A stretch of 64,000 bases of DNA, from NCBI GenBank assembly GCA_963828255.1, contig CAWHDZ010000018.1:64001-128000 (forward strand), in the 5' to 3' direction. This DNA comes from an uncultured delta proteobacterium. Its GTDB lineage: Bacteria; Myxococcota; Myxococcia; Myxococcales; Anaeromyxobacteraceae. Every line of letters begins with the position of its first letter. The first letter of the stretch is position 1. The notes beneath the pieces are model-generated. The model did not search any database, had not been told where the DNA came from, and saw only the letters and a program-made list of their open reading frames with translations. Of this stretch, positions 1 through 9,994 are shown one piece after another. The translations under genes were made by a program, and so were the position numbers.

Positions 1-879
1 GATGAGGACGGCGAGGAGGAGCGCACCCTCGACGGCGACGGCGGCGTTCCATCCCTCCACGGCGGGAAGCGCCGGGTCGGCGACGAGCCGGTCGAGCCGG
101 ACCACCTGCCCGGTGAGCCACGCCACGGCGTCCACGTGCGTGAGCAGGTTCTCCCAGGGTGGACGGAGCGCCGCGCTCGTCGCCAGCATGCGCCGGTAGG
201 TGGGCGAGGCGGCGAAGGCCGCGGCGGCCCCGGCCAGGACCGCCCAGTGTGGAGCCGTGGCCGTGAGCGATCGGCTCCAGCGGAAGGGGCGGCGGACGTC
301 CACCCCGTCGAGGAGGATCAGTGCCGCGGGGAGCACGACCGCCGTCTCCTTGGCCGCGAGCGCCGCCGCGAGGAGGAGCGGCGAGAGCACCAGGGAGAGC
401 CGCCGCTCCCCGCCCCTGCCGGCCAGCCAGGCGACCGCGCTCCCGAGGGCCAGCATGCCTGCGAGCGACGCCGACCGACCGGAGAGGTAGGTCACCGATT
501 CGGCCTGGACCGGGTGGAGCGCGAAGAGGAGCGCGCCGAGGAGCGGGGCGGCCCGGTGGCGGGCGTCGGCGGCTCCGGTGCGGGACGCGACCCTTCGGAG
601 CAGCGAGAGGACGAGGAGCGCGCTCCCTGCGTGGATGGCGAGGTTCACCGCGTGGAAACCGGCGAGGCCGAGCCCCGAGCCCTGGTTCGCTGCGAAGGAG
701 AGCTTGAGGAGCGGCCGGATCCCCGGCATGGAGCCCCACCAGGCCGCGAGCGACGCCACCCGCGGCTCGTTCACGATCACGTTCCAGTCGTCGAACTGGA
801 AGGTCCCGGCGAACGAGGTGGCCCAGGCGGCGACGACCGCCGCGAGCAGGACGAGGACGTCCCGTCGCCGGTCAACCAC
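1..879 (-). CDS. Membrane glycosyltransferase, GT-C fold (ArnT/TMTC-like); 3' end runs off the window
   Basis: Hand translation from GTG 879 (overlaps the upstream stop): ...FAGTFQFDDWNVIVNEP...RPLLKLSFAAN...FHAVNLAIH...LLFALHPVQAESVTYLSGRS. The DD, FHxxN and HPxxxESV motifs are typical. Not in the ORF track because it is truncated. Confidence 0.8.
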   Translation of the reverse strand, partial: MVDRRRDVLVLLAAVVAAWATSFAGTFQFDDWNVIVNEPRVASLAAWWGSMPGIRPLLKLSFAANQGSGLGLAGFHAVNLAIHAGSALLVLSLLRRVASRTGAADARHRAAPLLGALLFALHPVQAESVTYLSGRSASLAGMLALGSAVAWLAGRGGERRLSLVLSPLLLAAALAAKETAVVLPAALILLDGVDVRRPFRWSRSLTATAPHWAVLAGAAAAFAASPTYRRMLATSAALRPPWENLLTHVDAVAWLTGQVVRLDRLVADPALPAVEGWNAAVAVEGALLLAVLI

Positions 880-1687
880 GCGGGGGCGCCTCCGCGAAGG
901 CCTTCTCCACGATGGCCGCCGCCGTCCACCAGCGGTCGGGCGCGCCGAGGAGGATCACGATCACCTCCCGCCCGTCGCGCTCGGCCCGGGCCACGACGCA
1001 CTTGCCCGCCAGGCTGGTGAAGCCGGTCTTCACGCCGTCCGCGCCGGGCAAGCGCCCGAGGAGCGCGTTGCTGGTCGTGGCCGCGAGCACCCGTCCTCCC
1101 CGGGTGGCGACCCGGACCGAGGGGAGCGCCACCGTGCGCCGGAACTCGGCGTTCGCGAGCGCCTCCCGGGTGAGCCGCCAGAGGTCGCTCGCCGTGACGT
1201 GCTGCCCCTTGGCGTCGTGGCCGCACGGATCGGCGAACCGGCTTCCCGAGAGCCCCATCGCCGCGGCCCGCCCGTTCATCCGGGCCACGAAGGCGGCCGC
1301 GCTGCCGGCGGAGTGCTCGGCCACCGCCCGGCAGGCGTCGTTGGCCGAGGCCACCAGCATGGCCGCCACGGCGTCCCGGACCAGCACCTTCTCCCCGGCC
1401 CGCAAGCCCAGGCGGGTTCCGGTCTCCGCGGCCGCCCTTTCGCTCACGGTGATCCAGTCGCCAGGCGTCGCCGTCTCGAGGACCAGGAGGGCCGTCAGGA
1501 TCTTCACGAGGGACGCGGGCGCCCGGGGAGCATCGGGCGCCTTCGCCCAGATCACCTGTCCGTCCACGGCGACCAGGTAGGACGGCGCCGCCTCCGGGAA
1601 GCGATCCACGGGGGAAGGCAGGGCCGCCGGTCGGGGCGCCTGGGCGGCGAGCAGCGCCGCGGCGGCGGCGACGGCGAGGATGGTCAC
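872..1687 (-). CDS. D-alanyl-D-alanine carboxypeptidase (peptidase S11)
   Basis: Signal peptide; PASLVK (SxxK), SAND (SxN) and KTGFT motifs. Confidence 0.92.
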   Translation of the reverse strand: MTILAVAAAAALLAAQAPRPAALPSPVDRFPEAAPSYLVAVDGQVIWAKAPDAPRAPASLVKILTALLVLETATPGDWITVSERAAAETGTRLGLRAGEKVLVRDAVAAMLVASANDACRAVAEHSAGSAAAFVARMNGRAAAMGLSGSRFADPCGHDAKGQHVTASDLWRLTREALANAEFRRTVALPSVRVATRGGRVLAATTSNALLGRLPGADGVKTGFTSLAGKCVVARAERDGREVIVILLGAPDRWWTAAAIVEKAFAEAPPRG

Positions 1688-1711
1688 GCGGCGCCCGGGC
1701 GGCCGGTCCGT

Positions 1712-2680
1712 CTAGAACGGCAGGAAGCCCTTCGCCGCCTTCTTGGCGGCCTCGATGGCGGCGTCGTCGGCCTTCGGGGGCTGGGTCGCCGGCTTCTTGC
1801 CCTTGTCGAGGAGGTTCGCGGCGTAGGAGGTGCAGAAGGAGCGGTAGCAGGTCGTGAGGTCGGTGTAGGTCCGGCCAGCGCACTCGCGCTGGGCGACGAC
1901 CTGGGTCTGCGTGGGACACGTCTGGCCGATGAAGGAGAGGAGCTTGTCCGAGCCGTCGGTGCACCGGCGCTCGGCCTCGTGCCGCCCGGCGTCGGAGCAG
2001 GCCTCCGCCTTCATGGCCTCGAGGTCCTTGCCGCACAGGGAGGAGAGCCCCCCGCTCGCCGTGGCCGGTTGCGCGGAGAGCAGGGTGATCCCGTCGGGCG
2101 TGGCGGCCCGCTTGCACAGCGTGGCCCGGTCGGCGGGATCCTTGCACATGGCCTGGGCGCCGGTGAAGGCCCCGACCACGATCCGGGATGCCATCTCCCG
2201 GCAGCTCTCGGCCGTGCGCGCGACGCCCTCCGCCTGGACCGCGGCCACCTGGCGCCTCAACTCGCCGGCGTCGCAGTCGCCGGTGAGCTTCTTGCCGCGC
2301 AGCTTCATGAGCATCTCGCCCTGGGCGCTGCGCATGGTCATCTTGCCGTCGTAGCCGTCGGGCTTCTGGACGATCTCCCCCTCGCCCGACATCTTCTCCT
2401 CGCCCTCGCAGACCATCGTCCAGGACATCTTGCTTCCGACGTTCCGGACGTTGCTGACCTTGCACTTGTCGTCCTTGCGTCCGGATCCGGGCGGTTCGGT
2501 CATCCCCTTCTTCGGCACGCAGACCTTGGTCGTCTGGGCCGGCATGGAGAACCCGGACATCTCCATCTCCACCGTCTGCTCCCACTGGACGCCCGGCTCC
2601 CGCTCGGTCGATGCGGGAGGGGCGGCGGCGGCGAACGCAGGGACGAGGAGCAGGGCCGACAGGCGGACGGCAGCGTTCAT
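1712..2680 (-). CDS. Secreted DUF3617-like Cys-rich protein
   Basis: Start MNAAVRL after RBS GGGGAA; signal peptide; GVQWEQTVEMEM..MPAQTTKVC..C..WTMVC..GDC pattern; Cys-rich C-terminal half. Confidence 0.7.
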   Translation of the reverse strand: MNAAVRLSALLLVPAFAAAAPPASTEREPGVQWEQTVEMEMSGFSMPAQTTKVCVPKKGMTEPPGSGRKDDKCKVSNVRNVGSKMSWTMVCEGEEKMSGEGEIVQKPDGYDGKMTMRSAQGEMLMKLRGKKLTGDCDAGELRRQVAAVQAEGVARTAESCREMASRIVVGAFTGAQAMCKDPADRATLCKRAATPDGITLLSAQPATASGGLSSLCGKDLEAMKAEACSDAGRHEAERRCTDGSDKLLSFIGQTCPTQTQVVAQRECAGRTYTDLTTCYRSFCTSYAANLLDKGKKPATQPPKADDAAIEAAKKAAKGFLPF

Positions 2681-2761
2681 GGATTCCCCCTTGAAGAGGG
2701 CGCGATCATAGGCCACCTTCCGGTGGGGCGCGGGAGCCCGGATCGGGGGACAGGCCGATCG

Positions 2762-2776
2762 ATAGGTCCTGCCTAT
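2762..2776 (+). promoter_or_regulatory. OxyR/LysR-type box upstream of dps
   Basis: ATAG-gtcctgc-CTAT (ATAG-N7-CTAT) in an AT-rich patch ~80 bp before the dps ATG. Confidence 0.6.
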
Positions 2777-2852
2777 CAATTGATTCGTATCGATGTCTTG
2801 GACCACAGGCCGGGGGCGCGGCATCTTCCCTCCAGAAAAGGAGGAACACCGC

Positions 2853-3332
2853 ATGTACAAGTCGCCCAGCAACCTGACCCCGGAAGCCCGCGGCGGCATC
2901 GCCGCAGCCCTGAACGCCCGCCTGTCCGACGGGCTCGACCTCCACCTCCAGACCAAGGTGGCCCACTGGAACGTGAAGGGGCCGCTCTTTCCCGCGCTGC
3001 ACCCCCTCTTCGAGCAGTTCGCGGTGGCCCTGGCCGGCTTCAACGACGCCGTGGCCGAGCGGGCCGTCACCCTGGGTGGAACGGCGGCGGGGACGGCCAG
3101 GCAGGTGGCGGCCGCCTCCACGCTGCCCGACCTGCCCACCGGCGTGGTCCGCGGCCTCGACCTGGTCTCGCTGCTGGCCGACCGGATCGACGCCTACCTG
3201 GTTGGCCTCCGCGAGGCGCGCGACCTGGCCGACCGCCTGGGCGACGGAGACACGGTGGACCTGCTCACCCAGGTCGTGACCGAGTTCGAGAAGAACGCCT
3301 GGTTCCTGCGGGCCACCGCCGAGGCCGCCTGA
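2853..3332 (+). CDS. dps: DNA starvation/stationary-phase protection protein Dps
   Basis: HWNVKGPLFPALHPLFE and DAVAERAVTLGG ferroxidase motifs, EKNAWFL; RBS GGAGG. Confidence 0.95.
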   Translation: MYKSPSNLTPEARGGIAAALNARLSDGLDLHLQTKVAHWNVKGPLFPALHPLFEQFAVALAGFNDAVAERAVTLGGTAAGTARQVAAASTLPDLPTGVVRGLDLVSLLADRIDAYLVGLREARDLADRLGDGDTVDLLTQVVTEFEKNAWFLRATAEAA

Positions 3333-4081
3333 CCACGCTCCGGGACAGCGGCGTCAAGCGGGCCTTCGACGCCGCCGCTCCCGGTTACGACCGGCTGCGG
3401 CGCCGGCTCATCCCCTGCTTCGACGACTTCTACCGCGCCGTCGAGGACCTTCTCCGGTTCCCGGCCGGAGCGGCGCCGCGCATCCTCGACCTGGGCGCCG
3501 GCACCGGGCTCCTGGCCGGGCGGCTGCTGGCCCGCTGGCCCCGGGCGCGGCTCGTCCTCCTCGACCTCTCCGCCGACATGCTCGACCGGGCCCGCGAGCG
3601 GTTCGCGGGGCAGGGCGCACGGGTGGAGATCCGCCCGGCCGACTACCTGGCCGACCCGCTGGGCGGCCCCTACGACGCGGTGGTTTCGGCGCTGTCCATC
3701 CACCACCTCCCGGATCCGGGGAAGCGCGCCGTCTTCCGGCGCGCCTTCGCGGCGCTGCGCCCGGGAGGGTGGTTCGTGGACGCCGACAACGTACTGGCCC
3801 CGACCGCCGCCCTCGCCGCCCGCCAGCGCGCCCTCTGGATCGCCCGGGTGCGGGAGAGCGGGATCGGGCAGACCGAGCTCGCGGCCGCGCTGCGCCGCAC
3901 CCGGCTCGACGTGCTCGCTCCCCTCCCCGACCAGCTCGGCTGGCTCCGCCGCGCCGGGTTCGACGAGGTGGACTGCACCTACAAGTGGCTCCACTTCGCC
4001 GTCTTCGGCGGGCGGCGCCCCCCGGTCAGGCCTGGTGCCGGCGCTCCGCGGCGGCCTTCGCGGCGTCCGCGCCCACCGTAG
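3329..4081 (+). CDS. Class I SAM-dependent methyltransferase (start uncertain; CTG overlapping the dps stop)
   Basis: YDRLRRRLIPCFDDFY, ILDLGAGTG, VSALSIHHL, LRPGGWF. This is the coding part of track ORF 578..4081. Confidence 0.88.
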   Translation: MTTLRDSGVKRAFDAAAPGYDRLRRRLIPCFDDFYRAVEDLLRFPAGAAPRILDLGAGTGLLAGRLLARWPRARLVLLDLSADMLDRARERFAGQGARVEIRPADYLADPLGGPYDAVVSALSIHHLPDPGKRAVFRRAFAALRPGGWFVDADNVLAPTAALAARQRALWIARVRESGIGQTELAAALRRTRLDVLAPLPDQLGWLRRAGFDEVDCTYKWLHFAVFGGRRPPVRPGAGAPRRPSRRPRPP

Positions 4082-4487
4082 GCCCGACGCCGATCTGGCG
4101 CATGAGCCCCAGCGCATCCCAGTGGGTCCAGCTCTCCACGATCTTGCCGCCCCGGAACCGGTCGATGCTGATGCCCTCGACGGTGCAGCGGACGCCCGTG
4201 GGCTCGAGCCCCATGAACTCCTTCTGGTGGGTGCCCGTCATGCGCCAGTGGGTGGTGCAGATTTCACCATCCGTATAAGAGCTGAGGATGGTCGGCTTCA
4301 GGTCCGGGAAGGCCGTCCGGTACATCGCGCAGATCTGCTGCACGCCGCCCCGGTCGGTGTCCCCGGTGAGCGGGTCGTGAGCGCGGAACTCCTCCGAGCA
4401 GATCTCGTCGAAGATGCCGAGATTCCCCTTCCCGTACGCCTCCTCCAGCAACCGGCGGGACATCTGCCTCAGGTCGAGCGCCATCAC
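4026..4487 (-). CDS. SnoaL-like ester cyclase family protein
   Basis: AFPDL, WRMTGTHQKEFMGLEPTG, GKIVESW..WDALGLMRQIG. Confidence 0.9.
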   Translation of the reverse strand: MMALDLRQMSRRLLEEAYGKGNLGIFDEICSEEFRAHDPLTGDTDRGGVQQICAMYRTAFPDLKPTILSSYTDGEICTTHWRMTGTHQKEFMGLEPTGVRCTVEGISIDRFRGGKIVESWTHWDALGLMRQIGVGPTVGADAAKAAAERRHQA

Positions 4488-4617
4488 GCGACTCCTTTCC
4501 TTCCTCCCGGGCTCCTGATAGCCGCTGGCGCCGCGCCCGCGCCGGCCATGACGGGGCGTAAGCGGCGCGACACAGGGGGAGAATCGGATTTTGCCGGCCC
4601 GGAGCGGCCGGGCGGGC

Positions 4618-5748
4618 CTACCCGGGGGGAGGCGGGGACCGCCCCGGCCTGCGCCGGACGACCAGGTAGAGCACCGCGGCGAGGACCAGCAGCGCGCCGA
4701 GGACGATGGCCAGCCGCGCGATGGCGTGGTCCACGACCTCCGTGGCGCGCCGGGCGGCCTCCGCGGTGGCGTGGTCGCCGAGCCGCTGCGCGTCGGCCAT
4801 CACGGCCAGTCTCTCCCTCTGGACGAGGGCCGCGATCTCGACCCGCTCCCTGTCCACGAAGGCCTGGATCTCCTCGCGCTGCGTCCGCACGATCCGCTCG
4901 ATCTCCGCGCGCTCGGCGGCGATGGCGCGCATGATCTGGATCCGCTGCTCGTCGGCGAAGCCGTCGAGCCCATCGGTGCCCAGCCAGGCGATCATGGCGT
5001 CCACCCTGGCCATCGCCTCCCCGGCCTGCTTCATGGCGTCCCCCATGCGCGGGTCCACGAGGTCGACGTAGGACAGCTCCGCCCTCCACACCGCCAGGTT
5101 GGGGATCATCACGGGAAGGAAGTCGATCCGGCTGATCATCCCGCTCATGTCCTCGTTGAGCTGGCCCACCACCGCGAAGGCCGAGAGCGCCTCGGTGGGC
5201 GCCAACGTCACCAGGAACTGCTCGATGCTCTCCCGGGTGGCGAAGGTGAGCCGCACCGGGTGGTTCCAGGCCCAGTCGAGGACCTTCACCCGGACCGCCG
5301 CCAGGTCCCGGTCGGGGACGGCCCAGCGGGCGATCTCCTGGACCCGCCCCTCCAGCTCCCGGGTCGTCGCCAGCACGGTGGCCGCGCCGGGGCCGAAGGC
5401 CTTCCTCCCCTCCTCCGATTCCAGGTACTGCTCCGCCTGCAGGAGGAGCGCCCAGGTGTCGACGAGGGCCACGAGCGGCCGCTGGTTGAAGAGCGTCCGG
5501 TACATGGCCGGCACGACGTTGATCTTCCAGACCAGCGCCCCCCGGCGGACGGCCGGGTCTGGTGAGGCCGCCCTGGCCGCGTCGGCGGCCTGCTCCATGA
5601 GGCCCGTGAACGGGATGGCCTCGGCGCGCAGCCGCACCCGGAGGGCCTCGGAGGAGACCTGCACTCCCTGTTCCCTCATGAACCCGGTCTGCGTCGGGAT
5701 GGTGGCGCAGGCGGCGAGGAGGAGGGCCGCGACGGGAAATGTTCGCAT
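4618..5748 (-). CDS. Uncharacterised helical lipoprotein with C-terminal TM anchor
   Basis: ATG overlaps the peptidase stop (TGATG); lipobox LLAAC; coiled-coil region; hydrophobic C-terminus followed by RRR. Confidence 0.75.
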   Translation of the reverse strand: MRTFPVAALLLAACATIPTQTGFMREQGVQVSSEALRVRLRAEAIPFTGLMEQAADAARAASPDPAVRRGALVWKINVVPAMYRTLFNQRPLVALVDTWALLLQAEQYLESEEGRKAFGPGAATVLATTRELEGRVQEIARWAVPDRDLAAVRVKVLDWAWNHPVRLTFATRESIEQFLVTLAPTEALSAFAVVGQLNEDMSGMISRIDFLPVMIPNLAVWRAELSYVDLVDPRMGDAMKQAGEAMARVDAMIAWLGTDGLDGFADEQRIQIMRAIAAERAEIERIVRTQREEIQAFVDRERVEIAALVQRERLAVMADAQRLGDHATAEAARRATEVVDHAIARLAIVLGALLVLAAVLYLVVRRRPGRSPPPPG

Positions 5749-7838
5749 CACCATACGCGCACCCGGTCCGCCGGCGAGAGGTGAAGGGCCTGGCCGGCGC
5801 GCACGTCGAAGGCCGGGTACCAGGCGTCGAGGTTTCGCACCGTGAGCGCCCGGTACCGGGCCGGAGCGTGACCGTCGGTGAGGATCCCCTCCCGCAGCGC
5901 CTTTTCGCGCTCCTTCTCGCGGAAGCTCTGGGCGTAGGCCAGGAAGAACTGCTGGTCGCCGGAGAGACCGTCCAGAACCGGGGCGGCTGCCCCGCCCAGC
6001 GCGTCCCTCCAGGCGTCGTAGGCGGCGGCCACGCCGGCCAGGTCGGCGATGTTCTCGGACAGGGTGAGCTTGCCGTTCACGGCCAGGTCGGGGAACGGCC
6101 GGTATGCGTCGTACTGGACCACGAGCCTGTCGCCGGCGGCCCCGAAGTGGCGCATGTCGTCCGGCGTCCACCAGTTCGCCAGGCGGCCCGCCGCGTCGAA
6201 GAGCGCTCCCTGGTCGTCGAAGCCGTGGCTGACCTCGTGCCCGATGGTGGCACCGATGGTCGCGTACTTCACCGCCAGGCTGGCGTCACGGTCGTAGAAG
6301 GGCGATTCCAGATAACCCGCCGGGAAGTTGAGCGCGTTGCGGACCGGCAGGTTCACCGCGTTCACGGTCTGGGGGAGCATGGCCCAGCCACCCCGGTCCG
6401 GGGGCAGGGAGAGCCTGGCCAGCGCCTGCCCGTAGGCGAAGAGCAGGGCGCGCTCCCGGTTCCCGAGCGCGTCCCCACGCTCGATACGGAGCCCGGTCTT
6501 GCTGCTCCAGGCATCCGGGTGGGCGATGCCCACCTTCATGGCCGCGAGCTTGGCCCGGGCCTGGGCCCGCGTGGCCGGCGCCATCCACCCGAGCGCCTGG
6601 ATGCGGCGGTCGAAGGCGACGACGATCCGGTCCACCATGCCCTGGATCTCCCGCCGCGCCTCCGGCGGGAAGTGGCGCGCCACGTAGATCTTCCCCACCG
6701 CCTCGCCGAGCGCCAGGTCGGTCTCGGCCACGGCGCGTTGCCAGCGCGGCAGCATCCGGGTGGTCCCCTTCAGCTCCGTCCCGTGAAAGCGGAAGTCCTC
6801 CTCGACGAAGGCCCTCGGCAGGAAGGGGGCCGCGTGCTCCAGCGCACGGGCCGCCAGGTACTCCTTCCAGGTGTCGAGCGGCTCGCTCCGCGCGAGCTCC
6901 GCGAGCCCCGCCAGCGCCGCCGGGTGCCAGACGATGAACACCGGCTGCCGGTCGAGCCCGGCCGCGCCCAGGAAGGCGCCCCAGTCCATCCCGGGCGCCC
7001 GGGCGTCGAAATCGGAACGGCCCCAGGGGTTGTTGGCCCTCGCCACGTCGAAGGTCTCGGCGCGGGTGGCGTGGCTCCGCGCGATGCGGGTCTCGAGCTC
7101 GAGCACCCTTCCGGCCCGCGCCTCGGCCTCGGCGGCGGGGACGCCGGACAGCCGGAACATGGCGGCGAGGTGGGCCCGGTACCGCACCCGCAGCCCGGGG
7201 AAGCTTCCGCCCTCGTCCAGGTAGTAGCTCCGGTCGGGCAGGCCGAGCCCTCCCTGGAGCAGGTAGGCGGCGTTGCGGGCCGGGACGTTCAGGTCCTGCT
7301 CCACCCAGAGGCCGAGGACGTTTCCCGTCGCCAGGTCGGTGGCGTTGAGGGCGTCGACGTCGGCCCGGATCGTCCCGCCGAGCTCCGCCGCGAGCGCGCG
7401 CCGGTCCGCGATGGCGGCGATGCGGTCCAGCGTCGGCCGGAGCGGTGTGAGCCCCCTGGCCTCGATGCCCTCCTCGTCCATGAAGCTCGCGTAGAAGTCG
7501 CCGATCTGCTGGAGCTCGGACCCGGGCGGCGCCCCTGCCCGGGCCGCCTCCTCGTCGATGGCGCGGACACGGGCGGCGACCAGTTCCTGCACCGCCAGGA
7601 CCGGCCCCACGTGGGAGCGTTCCGGAGGGATGACGGCCAGTGCCTGCCAGCCCCCGTTCGCAAATGCGTAGAAGTCGTCGCCCGGAGCGACTGCGCGGTC
7701 CATCCCCGGGAGGTCGAGTCCGCTCCGCGTGGAAGGAGCCGCCGCCGTGGCGATCCCGGCCGGCGGGGCGGAAGCCGGCGGACGGGGGGTGGCGCAGGCG
7801 AGAAGGACGAGGGCCGGGACGACGGTGGCGGCTTTCAC
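5748..7838 (-). CDS. M13 family (neprilysin/PepO) metallopeptidase lipoprotein
   Basis: PGDDFYAFANGGW, VNA, GHEVSHGFDDQG (HExxH), ENIADLAG. Confidence 0.95.
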   Translation of the reverse strand: MKAATVVPALVLLACATPRPPASAPPAGIATAAAPSTRSGLDLPGMDRAVAPGDDFYAFANGGWQALAVIPPERSHVGPVLAVQELVAARVRAIDEEAARAGAPPGSELQQIGDFYASFMDEEGIEARGLTPLRPTLDRIAAIADRRALAAELGGTIRADVDALNATDLATGNVLGLWVEQDLNVPARNAAYLLQGGLGLPDRSYYLDEGGSFPGLRVRYRAHLAAMFRLSGVPAAEAEARAGRVLELETRIARSHATRAETFDVARANNPWGRSDFDARAPGMDWGAFLGAAGLDRQPVFIVWHPAALAGLAELARSEPLDTWKEYLAARALEHAAPFLPRAFVEEDFRFHGTELKGTTRMLPRWQRAVAETDLALGEAVGKIYVARHFPPEARREIQGMVDRIVVAFDRRIQALGWMAPATRAQARAKLAAMKVGIAHPDAWSSKTGLRIERGDALGNRERALLFAYGQALARLSLPPDRGGWAMLPQTVNAVNLPVRNALNFPAGYLESPFYDRDASLAVKYATIGATIGHEVSHGFDDQGALFDAAGRLANWWTPDDMRHFGAAGDRLVVQYDAYRPFPDLAVNGKLTLSENIADLAGVAAAYDAWRDALGGAAAPVLDGLSGDQQFFLAYAQSFREKEREKALREGILTDGHAPARYRALTVRNLDAWYPAFDVRAGQALHLSPADRVRVW

Positions 7839-8017
7839 ACCAGGAGTTCTACCCCAGGCGGCCCGTGATGCGCTGCGTCATCCAGGCTGGTTCATCTGGG
7901 CCCTCGACGGGCCGTTGGGAAGGTTCAACCTGTGGCGATGACCTTCCCAATCAAGGTGGAGCAGACCATCGTCGGCGGGGAGGTCGCGTACAGGGCGAAG
8001 TGACGGAGGCGGCGCTT

Positions 8018-9907
8018 TCAGTCGGGCGCCTGGAACGTGACCCGCGAGGGGTGACGGGCCGACGCGTGCACCCGGTGGGTCCGCGCCCGGAAGTCCGATT
8101 CACCGGCCGCGAAGAGGTTCGGGACGAAGGTCTGTGGATTGCGGTCGTGGAGCGGGAACCAGGTGCTCTGCACCTGGACCATGATGCGGTGCCCTTTCCT
8201 GAAGACGTGGTTCCGGGTGAGGAGGTCGATGGTCACCTCCTCCACCTTCCCGGGAGTGAAGGGCACGGGGCGCTCGAACCCCTTCCGGAAGCGGCCGCGC
8301 AGGATCTCGGCGGCCACCATGATCTGGGCTCCGCCCAGGGCGGCGTCGCCCTCCACCTTCTCCGGCATCACGTCCACGAGCTTGGCCACGAAGTCGGCGT
8401 CGGTGCCGGTGGTGGAGACGAAGAGGTGGGCGGTGATCGCGCCGGAGAGGACCACGTCCTCCGCGAGCGGCGCTGTCTGCCAGGAGAGGACGTCGGGCCG
8501 GCCGTCGGCGAAGCGCTGGTCCGCCACCATCCAGGCCGGCCAGGCGTTGCCGGAACCCGGCGGATCGAGGGTCGGCGAGGGCACCGGCCGCGGCTGGTAC
8601 GGCACCGGGCTCGCAGGGTCGGAGATCCAGGAGCGGACCACCTCGCGTGCGCCCTTCGCCGGAGGGTCGAACCCGAGACGCCCGCCGTCGCCCAGGTACA
8701 CGCTCCGTGACTGGCCTCCCCGGGGCGGCCAGGCCGGGAGGCGCTGCCAGACGTTCGAGCCGGTCTGGAAGACCAGCGCCTCGGGGAGCGGCGCGCCGCA
8801 GCGCCCCTTCAGGTGGCAGGCGAAGAACGGGGCCTGCACCTCCTCCCGGAAGAACCTGGCCGTCGCGCTTCCGAACGCGATCCTCCCCAGCCCGTCGCCG
8901 TCGGCCAGGCGCCAGGTCCGGTGGGCCCAGGGCCCCTGCACGAGGAAGTTCCAGCCCTCCGCGTCGTTCCGCTCCATGGCCTGGTAGAGGGCGACCGGGC
9001 CGCGCCGGTCCTCCTGGTCGAAGGCGCCGCCCACGTGCAGCGTGGGGGCCGGGGCGTGGGTGAGCACGGACGGGAGGGAGCGGCGCTTCCAGTAGTCGTC
9101 GTAGGTGGGGTGGGCGACGATGGCGTTCCACATGGGGAAGCGGCCGTGGAAGTGGCGGGCGTCCACGTTGGCGAGCGAGCCCAGCCCAAGGAACCAGTCG
9201 TAGAGGTCCAGCCGGTCGAAGACGAAGTCGGTGAACCCCGGCCCGCTCTCCATGGCGGGGATGAACTCGAACATCTGCGAGAGCCGGAAGGCGCCCTGGT
9301 GGAAGAGGTCGTCGCCGAGGAAGTTGTCGGCCGGCGTGGCCTGGGGCGAGTAGGCCTTCACCGCCGGGTGGTGCTCCAGCATGGCCATGGCGGTGAGGCG
9401 CCCCGGGATGGAGACGCCGAGGATGCCCACCTTGCCGCTCGACGGGACGTTCGCAATGAGCCACTCGACCGTGTCGAAGGCGTCGGTACCCTCGTCCACC
9501 GAGCGTGGGTCAGCCCGGTCCCGGGGCACGCTTTCCATGACGTAGGCGCCCTCCGAGCCGAACCGTCCGCGGACGTTCTGCATGACGAGCAGGTAGCCGT
9601 CGTCGAGCAGGGGCCGGAGCCAGGGTGCGGTGAGCCACATCGAGGGCGTCCTCTCGCCCCTCCCCTCCCCCTCACCGAATCCGTAGGGGGTCCGCATGAG
9701 GAGGATGGGGAGCCTCTCGCCGGAAACCTGCGCGGCGCGGGGCGCGTAGACGACGGTCTGGAGGCGGACCCCGTCGCGCATCGGCACCATGTGCTCGGTG
9801 CGGTCCCAGGCGCTGGCGGGGTCGGCGGCGGCAGGCCCCGCAGCGGTGGCGGTGACTGGCCCGGGGGAGGCGACGAGAAGGAGAACGAGGAACGTCCGGA
9901 AATTCAT
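8018..9907 (-). CDS. CocE/NonD family hydrolase (alpha-amino acid ester hydrolase-like)
   Basis: Start MNFRTFL; VPMRDGVRL, LMRTPYG, VRGRFGSEG, GVSIPG nucleophile elbow, GPWAH, VQSTWFPLHDRNPQ. Confidence 0.93.
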   Translation of the reverse strand: MNFRTFLVLLLVASPGPVTATAAGPAAADPASAWDRTEHMVPMRDGVRLQTVVYAPRAAQVSGERLPILLMRTPYGFGEGEGRGERTPSMWLTAPWLRPLLDDGYLLVMQNVRGRFGSEGAYVMESVPRDRADPRSVDEGTDAFDTVEWLIANVPSSGKVGILGVSIPGRLTAMAMLEHHPAVKAYSPQATPADNFLGDDLFHQGAFRLSQMFEFIPAMESGPGFTDFVFDRLDLYDWFLGLGSLANVDARHFHGRFPMWNAIVAHPTYDDYWKRRSLPSVLTHAPAPTLHVGGAFDQEDRRGPVALYQAMERNDAEGWNFLVQGPWAHRTWRLADGDGLGRIAFGSATARFFREEVQAPFFACHLKGRCGAPLPEALVFQTGSNVWQRLPAWPPRGGQSRSVYLGDGGRLGFDPPAKGAREVVRSWISDPASPVPYQPRPVPSPTLDPPGSGNAWPAWMVADQRFADGRPDVLSWQTAPLAEDVVLSGAITAHLFVSTTGTDADFVAKLVDVMPEKVEGDAALGGAQIMVAAEILRGRFRKGFERPVPFTPGKVEEVTIDLLTRNHVFRKGHRIMVQVQSTWFPLHDRNPQTFVPNLFAAGESDFRARTHRVHASARHPSRVTFQAPD

Positions 9908-9994
9908 GGGGCGGCAGTCTACCCGGACAGCCCCCGGCCTATCTGCGAAGATGCGCCGCGAGCCGGCCACCCTTGCCCCCTGCCCGGAGCACAC

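Noticed and set aside
578..3328. N-terminal ~900 aa of the 1167-aa ORF 578..4081
   Set aside because: Shadow frame over the carboxypeptidase, DUF3617 and dps genes; only the last ~250 aa encode a methyltransferase.
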